This document shows positions 1-13,900 of a DNA stretch of 64,000 bases, in pieces. The DNA lies in contig NC_134025.1 in the NCBI RefSeq assembly GCF_964204645.1, forward strand, positions 25,214,299-25,278,298, written 5' to 3'. Under the pieces are notes generated by a model. The model had not been told where the DNA came from. It searched no databases and worked only from the letters and a program-made list of their open reading frames with translations. The translations under genes and the position numbers were made by a program. This DNA comes from Tubulanus polymorphus (lineage: Eukaryota > Animalia > Nemertea). Numbering within the stretch: the first letter of the stretch is position 1; every line of letters starts with the position of its first letter.

Positions 1-636
<636 letters not shown>

Positions 637-1577
637 AAAATTATCATTCCTTTGTACTGGATTTTTCTATTAACTGCATATGTTGTATGCATAATGCAAA
701 CTAGTCACCTAATAATTCTGTAACTCAACATCATGAGTGCTATCACAGATTAGTGTTGGACCGATTTGGACAACAGTGGGCTCCTTAAGTTTAGAATTAA
801 TTTGAGCCTGCTTTAAATGAATGTATTATCGTCATCGATATCATTGATGGAAGCCTGGTAGGGGTCTATTGGTGTCCGGCTCGTTTGGTGATAAATATCT
901 GTAGGTGACAGGGTTTCTATAAAAACTCTCTCATCAGATTGATACCAATTTCATTAGGAATAATTGATACTTTTTCGATTTATAAAAGTTTAGATTGTGT
1001 ATAGTTTTAGTTGAATTTTATAATAAAAATCTTATCAGTGATAATTTGAATTAAGCATTTTAGGCACAATTGAATTGATTACTAGCCTTTTTTAGATTTC
1101 ACTAAAAGAAAAGAATTTTTGTTTGTCCTCATGAATTTTGATTATCACCTCTAAGTCGGATATGATGCATTATCTACTATATTTGTGATATAATTATGTT
1201 AAATAAAAACTGTTTTATAGAAAATTTACTATTGTTTTTTTAATTGAGTGCGTTGTGGTGCTTATAATTTGACATCCATCATCATGACATAATGACAAAT
1301 GACATAAAGATGAAGTAATTTGGAGGATCATTCAGCAAGACACAAGCTGTTTATTATTAGTAGCAATCATGAATTTAACGCAAGTAACAGGAGCCAATAA
1401 CGTGTCCGTGCATAATTTTCTCGGCTAATTTATTCTCAAAAAGGATTCAATGATTTTATAAGAAAGTAACAATTTGTAAAGACTTGCACTGGTGAGACCA
1501 AAAAATATACTTTGTATAAATAAATTGTGTCGGGCTCGATTGTTGTTTCTGTCGCGCAACATGAAAGGGTTCCGCTT

Positions 1578-1849
1578 TTCCTAGAATGCTACGTCACCGA
1601 TATTCTGACGTCATTGCTTACGTCAGGTTGAAGCATTCTGATTGGTGGTTATTTATTGTCGCGATGTTTATTGGCGTCGAAAATCACGTGCTGTTGCTAA
1701 ATTTAGAAACATGACCTCATCATTCGGTGACTCATTCGGTATATAAGGGACATCGAGAGGTATTCCCTCAAAACGTTCAGGAGAGAATCTCTGTATTTCC
1801 TAGCACTGCGCAACAAAAGCCGACTCGAACCGTACCAGCGCGTGAGTCA
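1578..1849 (+). promoter_or_regulatory. Immediate-early-type promoter of the Fos gene
   Basis: STAT-like TTCCTAGAA 1578-1586; CRE TGACGTCA 1606-1613 flanked by TACGTCA 1590-1596 and TTACGTCA 1618-1625; reverse CCAAT 1641-1645; E-box CACGTG 1685-1690; AP-1 TGACTCA 1728-1734; TATATAAG 1740-1747; AP-1 TGAGTCA 1843-1849. Confidence 0.8.
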
Positions 1850-1919
1850 TCGTTAGGACTTTCCTGACTAAGTCAACTACTGAACCCAATACTCCAACAT
1901 AATATCAGGAACCGTCACG

Positions 1920-3494
1920 ATGTACAGTTCGCAGAGCAACCATCAAGAAATGAGCGATTCGAAATACACGGTCGCTGATATTTTATCGTCTATGGCCAGT
2001 GGTGTAGATCCGTCTCCTACAGCGGTAAGAGCTGCCTATCCCATCTCTTCTTTATTTCAGCGTTGTTACTTAAACATGGCGTCAGTAGTGTGCAGGCATT
2101 TGCCGCTTCTTGCTTATTGCGGTTTAGTCTTGATCACATGACCTAGAGAGATAGAGAGAATCAGACTATTGCCTGATATACAATTACTACAAGTTGGTCT
2201 AATGTTGCATTAGAAAATAATGTATATTACATTTTAATTCCTAATAGGCTAAGCTATAATCTGGCTTTAGCCTAAAGCTAGTTTTTCTGAATTGCTTCAT
2301 TTTGATTTTATTTATTTTGCAGTACACCGCTGCGAGTTACGTATCCGGAATAACGTCTCTGACGACTCCCACACTTACGCCGACAACTCTTTCGAATATT
2401 GAGCAAACATTTTTAGAGCTCCAGTCTGGTCAGAATTTACAAGATCGCCACATGCAAAGTGGGTTCGTACCACCGCATGTAGAGCCTCATGGCGTCAAAC
2501 GTGAACTGAAGAAAGACGATCCAGACTGGTTCCCTTCATCAAGTACCAGTTCGACCAGTTCTACACCAGCGAAAAAGTTTAAAGGTCGAGATTTGTTGAG
2601 AGAAGAAGATATTTATACTCCCGGTTACCTTTCAACCAGTCGTCGACCGCCTAAACGTCAAAAAGATGATGATCTTCAAGGGGTAGGTTTCTTTCGAATA
2701 AGCAAATTGTTGCAAAATGTATTACATTGGATGCAAAGATTTTATGTTGCAATTCCTGTTTTAGTTGCCGGTTGAAGAGAAGGAACGCCGACTTCAGAGA
2801 AGAGAACGAAATAAACTTGCTGCTGCAAAATGCAGACAAAGAAGAGTCGACCATACTAACCAATTAGTTCAGGTAAATTATTTTTCATATGCCTAGAAAA
2901 ATTTGTTTTCGTCACTTAGATATCAAAGTTCAATAGAAAAATGCTGTTCGGACTTGAACTTTAACCAGCGTCTCAACATTGGAATGTGAATGAATTTCAA
3001 CTTTGATCACCAAGAAATGCATGACATCTAAATCATTAACTAACGTTCTGTTCTATTTCTGTGTTCTACAGGAGACAGAAGCTTTGGAAAGTGAAAAATC
3101 TGATTTGGAAAACGAAATACAAGGCCTCCAACAACAGAAAGAGCAGCTAGAATTCCTTCTGCAGGCTCACAAACCGTTGTGTAAAATCACATCGCAAACT
3201 GTTTCAGGTGTTACTATAAAACGCGAAAATGCTGATGAATCTTCTCTGTGTAGCGGTAATATAAACACCCGACCGATGTCGCTGCCTCTGCAAAAAACAA
3301 ACAATGCCGGCGATTTGGGCGTACCAATATCGACGCCATCAAATGGAATATTTTCATTCGGTTTGGACTCGATCGTCGATGGACACACCGGTTTGACACC
3401 GTTGATAACGACGTCTTGCGCCGGTCAACTTACGAAAAACTCCGAGCACATATCGTCGGATCCGTTGAATTCACCGACTTTGATTTCGCTTTAA
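1920..3494 (+). CDS. FOS: Fos-family bZIP transcription factor (kayak/Fra-like), ~331 aa; exons 1920-2024, 2323-2682, 2765-2872, 3072-3494
   Basis: Basic region EEKERRLQRRERNKLAAAKCRQRR; leucine zipper ETEALESEKSDLENEIQGLQQQKEQLEFLLQAH; invertebrate Fos motif TPTLTPTTL; C-terminal SPTLISL; all introns phase 0. Confidence 0.93.
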
Positions 3495-5047
3495 TTAAAA
3501 TCAGTATGAACTGCGTATTTTCGCGCGTTGAAAATACGACTAAACATCCATGATGCATTTCGTTTGATCTCGTCAGAAAACTGGTTGTCGATGTAAGAGC
3601 CTGCCGGGCCAGATGTCAAACATTCGCAAGATCTTTCTGCATTAGCCTTATATATATGAAATTGTTATTATTGAAAAAACAGACTAGTACTCGATGTGCA
3701 ATGACTGAAAAAAACACCAGCTTTTAGATGTATATTTCACAGTTATTAAAATCCTTCAACTGAAAAGTATAGTAAAATCTCAGAAAATGAAGCTGATTTA
3801 GAGAATCAATATCTATAAAATCACAGCGGGTTAGATTTCTATTGCCATCTGGGATTTTGCTTGTGCTTAGTGCTATAGTGTCTTCCAAGATGTAAAATGC
3901 TCTGATATTTCATAAGATTTTCTCTTGATTAACATGATGTATAACATAACGCCAAATGTCATTGTTTATGTGTACATAATCTGCTGAAATATGTATTAAT
4001 GATTTGAGTGAATTGGAAGTTATTTTATAATATCGCATTCAGGTAATTCGAATTTCAAATGATTTTCAATCGGTTCATCAAACCATCAAACTAGTAAAAT
4101 AGCCTGCGAAATGGTATATGCAATTAATTGTGCTTTTTATATCCTCAATTTTTAACACGTCATGAATTTCATCGCGCCGTTGTAGCAATAGAATTTGATT
4201 GTCAAGTAATCAAAAAAATGGGAAAAGCAAACATGTATGATATCTAAGATCATAGATTATTAAGACTTAAAACGTCTGTGCTATGATTTTTGCCTGCACT
4301 GATTTTGATATTTGATGAAAAAACTGTGCTTCCCTTGATTTGTACATAAAGTATATGTATAGGCAATTGTTTTATATACATACATACATATATATATTAT
4401 TTGTTGAGATTTTTTCAATTTTTTTTTCGAAGTCAGTGTATTCGTTGTCTTGTTTAATCTTCTAGAAAGCCGTGTCCTGACATTCTCCCAGGACGACGAA
4501 CAAATCGCAGTATATTTCCAATTTATGCTGGGCATTATAATTGGTATATATGCTGGAGACTAATTGATGTATATGTACATGTATTATTCCTTAGAACTTT
4601 GAGTGTTCATTTACAATGATCACCGCGACAAGATGTATTTTTCATAGGATATTTTATACACATTTATACTGCCATGCTCATTGGTGACATTTTTGTAGGC
4701 GTTCAATCAGAAAACACACTGAAGCATTTTGAAATACAAAAAAACAAAGAAAAAAAATTGTATCATCGCATTTTATTATTGTAATTTATTTTTGCAAGTG
4801 AATGAACTTCTTGCCTTAGCTCATTTGCACATATCTACCGATTCGGTATGTATTTCATAAATGTATGGATATTATGCAATATAGGATTTGTAGCCTAGTG
4901 CATATTTTTGTAATAGAACATTCTGCCATTCCAAAACATGAAGGATAAAAAATCTCATCATCTTTCTTTTTTCTTGCTTCATATTAAGGAAAAAGTTGAA
5001 AAGTTACTGTTACAGCTAGCAAAAAAATTACACGCATCGTACTGATA

Positions 5048-5203
5048 CAGTAACCGCGCCTTACTCGGATAAGGCCAACTCGGATTTTCGACCAACTCGG
5101 GACAAAAACCAAATGATTTTTCTGACTTCTTAATGTATTTTCGATGGATAACTCGCACCAATTTTACCGGTCCCAGTTTGTCCGAGTTTGGTGAGGATTA
5201 CTG
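5048..5203. mobile_element. Tc1/mariner(pogo)-type MITE remnant
   Basis: TA|CAGTAAcc...ACTCGGA at the left end and TCCGAGT...TTACTG|TA at the right end (imperfect TIRs, TA duplication); internal ACTCGG subrepeats. Confidence 0.6.
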
Positions 5204-6696
5204 TATATAATTTCGATTTGAGCCTTTGATCAAATCTTCACTTTCTTCAGGACATCGTACATCAATGTCCCCTAGACTGATATCGATTTCCAATAAAGGC
5301 TTTTCGTAACAAGGAAACTATTCTCCAATTGCAGAGTATTGGGCAACTGACTGTATGATAGCTTTTACGCCCCCATTCTTAATCAATAGAAACTGACTGA
5401 TACTTTTGCTCTCGTACTACTATTAAAAGAGGAATTATGCATTTTTCGATGGATCCATTTTTTGAATATTTACTGCCATTCCTTGTGATATGGATGAAAA
5501 TATCATGATGATGAAATACTGACTATTAAAGCATGCATTTTTTATACCGATACAAATTATTTTTGCATAAGTTTTCTACACACACTACGAGAATTATTTT
5601 TGAAATGGTATGTTCTTTGCTGTATACATATTATAACATATGGACCTATTGTCTATATTTACCCAAACCGCGTATTGTATTGAACACCCACGCTCCATTA
5701 GATTGTACCTGTGCATAGTTAGGATTCCTGTGACGTTTCTTTAACCTTTCAAGACTTTTCCGAGAAACCCTTCAATTTCTGTGGTCTTATTTCGCAATCC
5801 CAAATTTCGATAATGTAAAGTACATCGATATAAATCACGAAATTGATTGTCAATAGCAGTTAAGATTTTCTTTTAATATCATTAGTTTAAGAATTACTTA
5901 AAATTGATTACATTGTGATTAACTTTTTGCCAATAATTTACCTTATTGTGATTTAATGATTATGAATTAGTATATTTATTTCTTGAATAGATTTTATCGG
6001 TTACGTTAGTTTCTGAATATTATGATAAACACGTATTTATAATGAATGTTTAAGTAATGAATATTTCCGGGTGTATAAAATCGGTAGTCTTTCTATTTAT
6101 TGCATGCTTCCTACGACGCTGTTTTTTGAACTCGTATTACTTCCGCCATTACATGAAATAATGTGTGCAACGATGATTGTGTAATAATGCTGGCTCACTA
6201 GAAACCCTCCGATCTTGTGTCTGGTATCATTTTCATATATGTATTATCGTAAAAGAAAGCATCGATCGCGTTCTAGATGCTGGATGTCATTTTATGCAAG
6301 TTTATTACATTATTTTTGTACATATTGATATATATGTATATGTAACACATACATAAATCATACAGTTCATGTCATTTTAATTTAGGCATTTTTGTGAGAA
6401 TAAAGTATTGGAAAATGTAGAACGTTTTTAGTTCCAGTTGTTTCTATAGTTTGGATGGAAATTTGATAGCGGATTGAACATGAGGAGTCTCACTGAAAGT
6501 AGACAAAATACATCAGTATTTTGCAACCCGAAACAGCACCGCACTCGGAAAGGGTTATGCGCCTATTAACTTTTTCGAAGCAAATCGCACGAATTTTCCA
6601 TTAGCACAATACGTGTACACTGCTCATGGAATGAACGACATGCAATATTCAACCGATTGGACCATGTTCTACTAAATCTTGATTGTTTAAGTAAGC

Positions 6697-6941
6697 AAAA
6701 TCCCACACCGAAATGTTTCCTAGAGTCAATAGTTGATTCAATGTTTCGACTTAATCTTAATAGTCATTTCCAGGAGCATTTCCTTGAGCTGTTAATTCAT
6801 TCAACGTTTCGACTATATCCTAATAATCATCTACAGTATTCTTGAAGGTGACTTTATCAGAGTATACAGTCGAAACATTGCATAAACTTTTAACAAAGAA
6901 ACATTTCGGACTTCATTTGCTCATGATTAGTGTGGGATTTT
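6697..6941. repeat. Inverted-repeat element with degenerate hammerhead-like motifs (probable Penelope-like pLTR remnant)
   Basis: Arms AAAATCCCACAC..CGAAATGTTTC..CAATGTTTCGACT and AGTCGAAACATTG..GAAACATTTCGG..GTGTGGGATTTT are reverse complements; the inner unit is also duplicated on the left. Confidence 0.6.
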
Positions 6942-7746
6942 ATACATTATCGTCACAGCAAGGACACTAGTGCTTTCTTGATTGTTAATTTCGAAAAGAA
7001 CCCTGCAGCTCGAAAATCACATAACATTAGTTTACTAACGTTTTGTGCATGCATACGCATTTGTTAGAAAAAGAACTATATGAAAAAATCCCAACTTGCT
7101 AGATATTTTTCCATAACTTACTGGTTTGACACGAACGAAGCTTTTGGCGTAAACAACGATATATATGCGCATTTCGTTTAGTTCGACTTGTTTTTGTTTT
7201 TTTCCACTACGATGTTGAAAAGGTATCAACGATAACGTTGAAATCATTATTTCAAATGCGACTCAAGCAGTTGTTTGGGTCTTGCCAACAAAAATCCCGA
7301 TATAAAATCTCTCGGAAGACCCAAAAGATCGTTATGTATTATAACTCGGTCTAGTTTTTTGATTCTCGATCTGTAAATCAACGGTTTAATTCATGATTTA
7401 AACTATTAAAGCTCGAGGGTGATAATTATCTAGTTCCGAGTGTAGTACTGTAAGGTTGTCGTCACCAAGCGACACGATATACCAGTACAATAAGCGACGC
7501 TTCACTTCAATGATTACATACAGGTCGTTCGACAACATTCGTGACACGCTGTTTTATGTTTCTCGGGGCCCGGTTATAAATGTTTTAATTATTCGCCTGT
7601 AATAGCCAACGCGAAGTCTTGTAAACTATACATATAACGGGAGCGTTTTGAAATGTAATGCGGCGAAGAAGGAAGCGCGTCGGAAGCAACAAGGTGATCA
7701 CAGTCGTTTTAGCGCTCGAGGAGAAGCTTTCGGATTATCAGCTGAA

Positions 7747-7760
7747 GTTGACATAGCAAC
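7747..7760. promoter_or_regulatory. RFX X-box (ciliary gene element)
   Basis: GTTGACATAGCAAC, two mismatches from the palindrome GTTGCCATGGCAAC, about 170 bp upstream of the ATG at 7927. Confidence 0.7.
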
Positions 7761-7926
7761 TAGTGAAGCGATAAGCGAACATTTCCGTACGTAGGCTCGC
7801 GCGATACCAGCAACAACAGGGATATATCGTTTCAATTATTCAAAAGGGATGTTTCCATACGAGTGAACAAGAAGGTTACGTCAGTTTGGCGGTTTTTTTC
7901 TGTGAACATAAGTCCGACCGCAGACG

Positions 7927-10900
7927 ATGTATCAAAACGGAACATTCGCTCCGTGCAACAAGTATTTGGCGCGAAAATGGCACGAACACCAATTGAAGAA
8001 ACACACTCACAGGGTAAGAAGGACAAGTATTTTCAATATTGCGCATATTCTTTTAAGAGCTATAAATATCAGTCACGGGATTCTATATGTCGGGTACATC
8101 TGTCGAATTTTACAATTTGGTAAAAGTATTTGATGATTATTGTGACATATGTCCGGCATCCTATTTTTCTGGCCAGCTGGCCTAAAAAAAACCTTGGACA
8201 TATTTCATTTTCATTGGTACAAGCGTTGTCGTCGTCGTCGTCGTTATATAAGCTATTTTTTGTATTCGCTATGTTATAGCGAGATTGTTTCCTTCAGAAA
8301 TATTCTTCAAGCGGAAAAAGCTATATTTCTAGAAGTCGCTTTGAGCCGGTTTTTCATGCATTTACAATAGTAAAATAGGTTAAATGCTATTGAGCCGTGG
8401 GGTTATAGAGATTAAGGATAAAAATAAGCAATCTTCGGAACAAGCTATCGATGGAATTAAATATTCCCCCATTTTCCATTTCTACTTTTAATACTCATTT
8501 GTTCTTTCTTTCCTGTTTTTCTATACGATATGATCGATAATCTTTGTTTAAGATTCGCCATGTGAAAGGCTCTTTAGACATGAGTCCCCCGAAGCGATAT
8601 CCACATTTAGAAATGAGACTGAAAAAAATTCAGGTAAGACCAGCCGAATTAATACCAGCCGATCAGTACCATACCAGTAGTTACATAGAGCAGATAGTAC
8701 AATATATAAAATAATCACGTAAAGTACTACTGCCAGTAGATCATAATTTATCCAACAGATATTTCAGGCATTTGTTTAATAAGATCATTAATCGATGGTG
8801 AATATACAAACACTGCCGTATTCAATATGGAAATATCAACATTTCATTTGACTATTGCAATCCTGTGGCATAAACCCGGCAAATAATGGTGACATTATAC
8901 ATCGTAAAAACAAATATTGGAATCCAGTCACCAAACGGTATAGTCTATTATGAACAGCCCTGAGTGAATGGAGACATAATAATGTGATGAAAGAGATCCT
9001 CTCATTCGATTCACGACGTAATAAAACCACTAGTAATGAATCTGCATTTTTTTTCTCATAGATGGAAGAAGACAGACAGGCCCTAGTCGAAAAACATAAC
9101 AAGCTACTTTTGCATAAATTGACAGATATAATGAGAAAACCAGCTAGAATTGATCACTGGAATGACTATCAGCAGAAAAGGTAGAAAAGCAAGAATATGA
9201 TAAGTTGAGGATATTGGTGATGGGCGATCTTCCTACCCACACACTCCTCTATTCGTGGTTTCGTGGGGGTCAGTTCGTTGTCCAAATCTCTAAAAATGTT
9301 GAAGTTGAATAACAAGTACATAAGTTGTCCCTCTTTTTTGTCTATCGAAGTCAATGAACGGAATGATTGCTATATGATTAATCACATCAAACATTTTTCT
9401 TCATTTTCCCCGTGTGGAACTAAGTTCATAATTGATAGAGTTCCTAATCAACGCGTAACGAAACGGTGAAAGCACCGATATTGTAATTAAGGACTCCTTG
9501 GTGTTATTTCTGACAACTTTTCTCGTTTTTAGACGACATTCAATTGATGTCCCGGCGTACAGGTAATACAGAATCTCATGTATATACGTATTATACATAC
9601 ACGCCTTCTATACTATTGTATATATCACTTTTTTACATGTATTCACTGCCGCAAAATGTAGCAAATCAACGCTTTTTACTGTTCGACATTATTCATTAAT
9701 ATTTCATTGAAAAGATTTTCGTTATCTGCAAAGCAACTAGTCTATGGGGCAATATTGTTCTTGCTTTTTCTTAATCTGCCTAGCCGCTTTCAATGAACTT
9801 AAGAATTAGTAGAAAATATATCCCTTTCCAAAAACCTTCTTACTGTAGACCCTCGTTAATACGAATCATCTGGCGGGCATCGTATTATCCAAATCTGGAC
9901 TGATATGAATATGTTAGCTGGGACATGCTGGGAATCATCGTAATAAACGAGTTTCGTTTTTAAAAGAATCGTCTTAACGAGGTGCAACTGTACAAATGTA
10001 TGGAATAAATCAGCTTTTGTCACAAATAGATATATTATGAATATCAACAGAAACGCGTGTGGATAGAACTTGCATAATTGCGGAATTCCATACATAATAT
10101 GGTTATTTGATATATTCTTACAGTTTAAACCAACCGGCCAGACAAAAAGCGCTCGAGAAAATTGTTTCCGAAAATCAACGACTTGCCTTTAAATTAGAAA
10201 ATGCGAAACCCATTATCAACAGGAAGGAAATGGTAGGTTTTTTCGTATATTTCAATCGACCCTTAAAAATCCGATATGATGTATGTTACTTTCAGTAGCG
10301 ATACCGTGATGTAGCTATAGCGACGAAGCTATAAATAAGTACTGAATGTGTTTGTCCCCCTGATGTGAAGAGGTTTTTAAAGTGAATGACTTGCTATCGA
10401 AAACATGTCAAACACCGAATTGATTAAAAATCTTTAAGCGTTGAATATGTATCGAGTTTCATTTCGTTTGCAGGAAAAATCTTTTAAAAAACATATGAAA
10501 GTGAAGAGAATGCTTGCAACAGGGGATAAAGACTTCCCTACAACTCACCAGCCAATCAGCTATCACGATTATTGTAACAGAAGGGATGGGAATTACAGCG
10601 ATAGTTGGGAGGTAAAAGAGCATTACAATCTGAAGAGTTTACTGGGGGCAAATTTACTGAATTTTTGCGCGGTGGAAATTATTTTTTTCAAAATTAACAG
10701 CAGATTTGGGGCTTGACATGAACGGTATTAAAAGCGAAATGACTCAATTTGAACATATCACGGTTATTTTTGTTTTACGGTCTATGACGGAAATTCGATC
10801 TTCCATTTTCAAGTTGGAAATTTGATACCAACTACACACAAAAAGAGGAAATTGAACGTGTGAAAGTTGTGCCAACCAGGAAACAGTCATGAATATTTAT

Positions 10901-13900
10901 TCAATCCATGATTCAACCACCGACGAACTGAGCCCAGAATTGTAGTAACTGTATATCCTTGGCAACTAATGCTCGTGGGCAAAATATTGTGAAGTCTAAA
11001 TAGTGGATCTATTTTCAGTCTTTGAGTGAGGATGAAGATGCTGGGAGGCAGAGAACTGATCGTTCACGTTCACCAAGCCCAGTGTCAGAATATGCAGGAT
11101 CTCAAGATCTTAAAACAAAACAGGTAGCAATGACCCGTGTTTCCAGGTTTTTGGAACTTCCTGCTGCTGATTGTGCTAATTCTTTTGATCGTATTTAGGA
11201 TAAGACGGGGACCAATCGAAATGCTAACGTACCGAGGTTTCCTCAAATCAAAGAAAAACCAGCGAAAGCAGTTAAGGTGAGTTTTGATCGAGGCTTAATA
11301 AAAAGCTTAGAAGATTTTTTTCGGAGCTATCGTCTGCCGAGACGCGCGCTATACTGATTTCAGAATTAATGGCGTATTAACCGTTTACAGGACGAGAAGA
11401 AAACGCAAGCTGATTTGGATGCAAAACAGCTATTCAGAGCAGTGAAACATTTAGGTAAGTGCTAGTCGGCAAGAGCGACAAGGAAATGAAGATTGATAGG
11501 TTTATCCATGGACTCTAAAGCAAAACGTCATATTAGAGTCCATGCTTTTTCCAATAAAATGCGTCACGCCGCTGATATATATCCCTTCAACATTTCATAC
11601 AATTATCGTCTTACCCAAATGAAATGAACTGCGGTATACATAACTTTTTCGAGGTATCTATTATATATCACTTTATTATTCTATCGACAGCCGATCCCGA
11701 GGAGACATTACTGAAACACTTTGCCAAACGATCCTACATTCAACGAATGCAGATATCTGACAAGTTTGAATATTTATATGACCTGGTAAGGGAAGTGACA
11801 ATTCCGTATTGTCAAAGCAAAAATGTGTAAGCACACACATATACATTGAAAATCAACTATTGCCTAATAAAATGACACTCGACATTTGATCAATGTTTTT
11901 TTTAGGAATTAGGGGAAGAATTGAAAGAATGTTTAGGAAGTAAATATTTTGCGCTGATAGATGCTTTACTGCAAGAAAGTAACAGTAAATCACATTTGGA
12001 AACAGCAGAAAAGCTGAATACTGCTATTGAGGTCGGTATCTAAATTCTTTTAGAGAATGATCCCTCGAATACTGATACATTTACGATCTTTGTTTCGTGG
12101 TTGTAGACTGAGAAAATTGATGAAGTCATCGGCGTTGTAATAGCAGAAGGGAAACACGATTTATTATCCTTGAAAAATGTGTATAAACGAGGTATGAAAT
12201 ATTTAATTGATTTATGCGTGAGACTGTTTGTTGTTTTCTTCATTCGGAAGTTATTTTTGATGCAGAATTCAAGCACACAGTGGAAGAAGATGTGAAAGAA
12301 TATATCAAAAATGAAGATATCAGAAATCTGTTGTTAGTACTCGTTCAGGTAAAAAGTGCGCATGTAAATAGAAATATATAATATATCTTTATCACTATGA
12401 TATACAAGATCCATTTGGCGAATCCTCGTCTGAATTATATAAAATACTTGATTTGTTGATGAAGTCGTCATGCGGAACATTTTGCAGAAAGACGTAAGCA
12501 GTACCGATCCAGATCCGATCCTTGCTGAGAAAGATGCGAAGGAATTGTATGAGGTAACTTACATATAGTTGTGGCCTGAAAATTAGTCATTCTTAACTTT
12601 ATGTATTTGTAAACATGAAACAATTTTCATACATTTTTAGGGAGATGAGGACTGTTGGTATTCGGAATCTGGCACGTTCTTGAAAGTGGTAAAATTAAGA
12701 AGCTATATGCAAATATTGTTGACCTTTGAAACGTACCAAGATGTAAGTTGGACTTAAGTTCAGTTTCAGTTAGCGGTTGATATTCGTCGATGGTGTTCAA
12801 TAAAACAAAACTATGATTACGCACTTCAGTATTTTGGATTTTCTTTCGGAGTGAAGTTTCGAATTTTAACCCGTATTTGTTTGAATCTTCCAAAAAGGTT
12901 TCCGATGGACACGCGATAGCTGATACAGTGGCCGCTGAATGCTCAGAGGAGTACGCAACAGCCGTCAGCAGTTTAGGTAATACTTCTCCATGAATAGAAA
13001 TATCTGAAATATCTACATTTATGCAAATTCTTCTATTTCTGCTATTTGCATCATTTATCTGGAATGTTATTGTTTATTTACGACAGGAACCCAAATAAAG
13101 GCCAGTAACCATGGTAAAGCCGAAAACTTGTTCAAAGCGGCCAATAAACCAGATGGCGGGAAGCTTTTCATCACCTTACTTTTGCAAGCATCAGAGGTTA
13201 GCAAAATCACTGGTCGAGTACATCCATTCTTTCCAGAAATTATCTGAAACCTATGGTGGCTGATTCGGATTACGCTGATATTTTTCAAACATTAAATAAA
13301 TCTGAAAACAAATTTGATAGCGATAAAACATATTGACACGAGAATAAATATTCCCGAATCAGCCACCATAGAAATTCCCATCTAAAATTTGCATTTCATT
13401 TTAGGGTGATATGCCTGCGGTAAAACAAGCGTATCGCGAGAAGTATAAAGTGGAACTGACCGATACGATAATTGCAACTTTCAAATCACAGCTCGGACGA
13501 ATTTTGATAGAAATTGTTCACAGGTCCGGAAAAACTGCAACTCACAAAAAGGTAATTATAGAAGTTTTTACTTTTTGCGGAAGATTTTATTTGATAACTT
13601 AAAATTTTTCTATTCAGCAGCAGGGTCCGAGAAGACTTGGCGGCATGACTATAAATCCACCTAAACAACAAAAACCGCTAGCAAAACCAAGACAACAGTA
13701 TGCACAAAAAGATCTACACCACCCCCTAAATCAACCAGTTAAAAAGAAATCAAACGCGACAAAAGATGCTAATCGATTGGATGATACGTATGGTGAAGCG
13801 GACACGGCTGTTAGGAGATTTGGTAAATATCGTTTATACATAAACCATGCAGTTGATATATTAATTTTACAGATACGTAGCTGATGACCGCTAATGATGT

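Noticed and set aside
7863-8123. ORF MNKKVTSV... as the first exon of the annexin gene
   Set aside because: No recognisable similarity; the frame from 7927 gives the CFAP97D-like sequence and the correct splice phase
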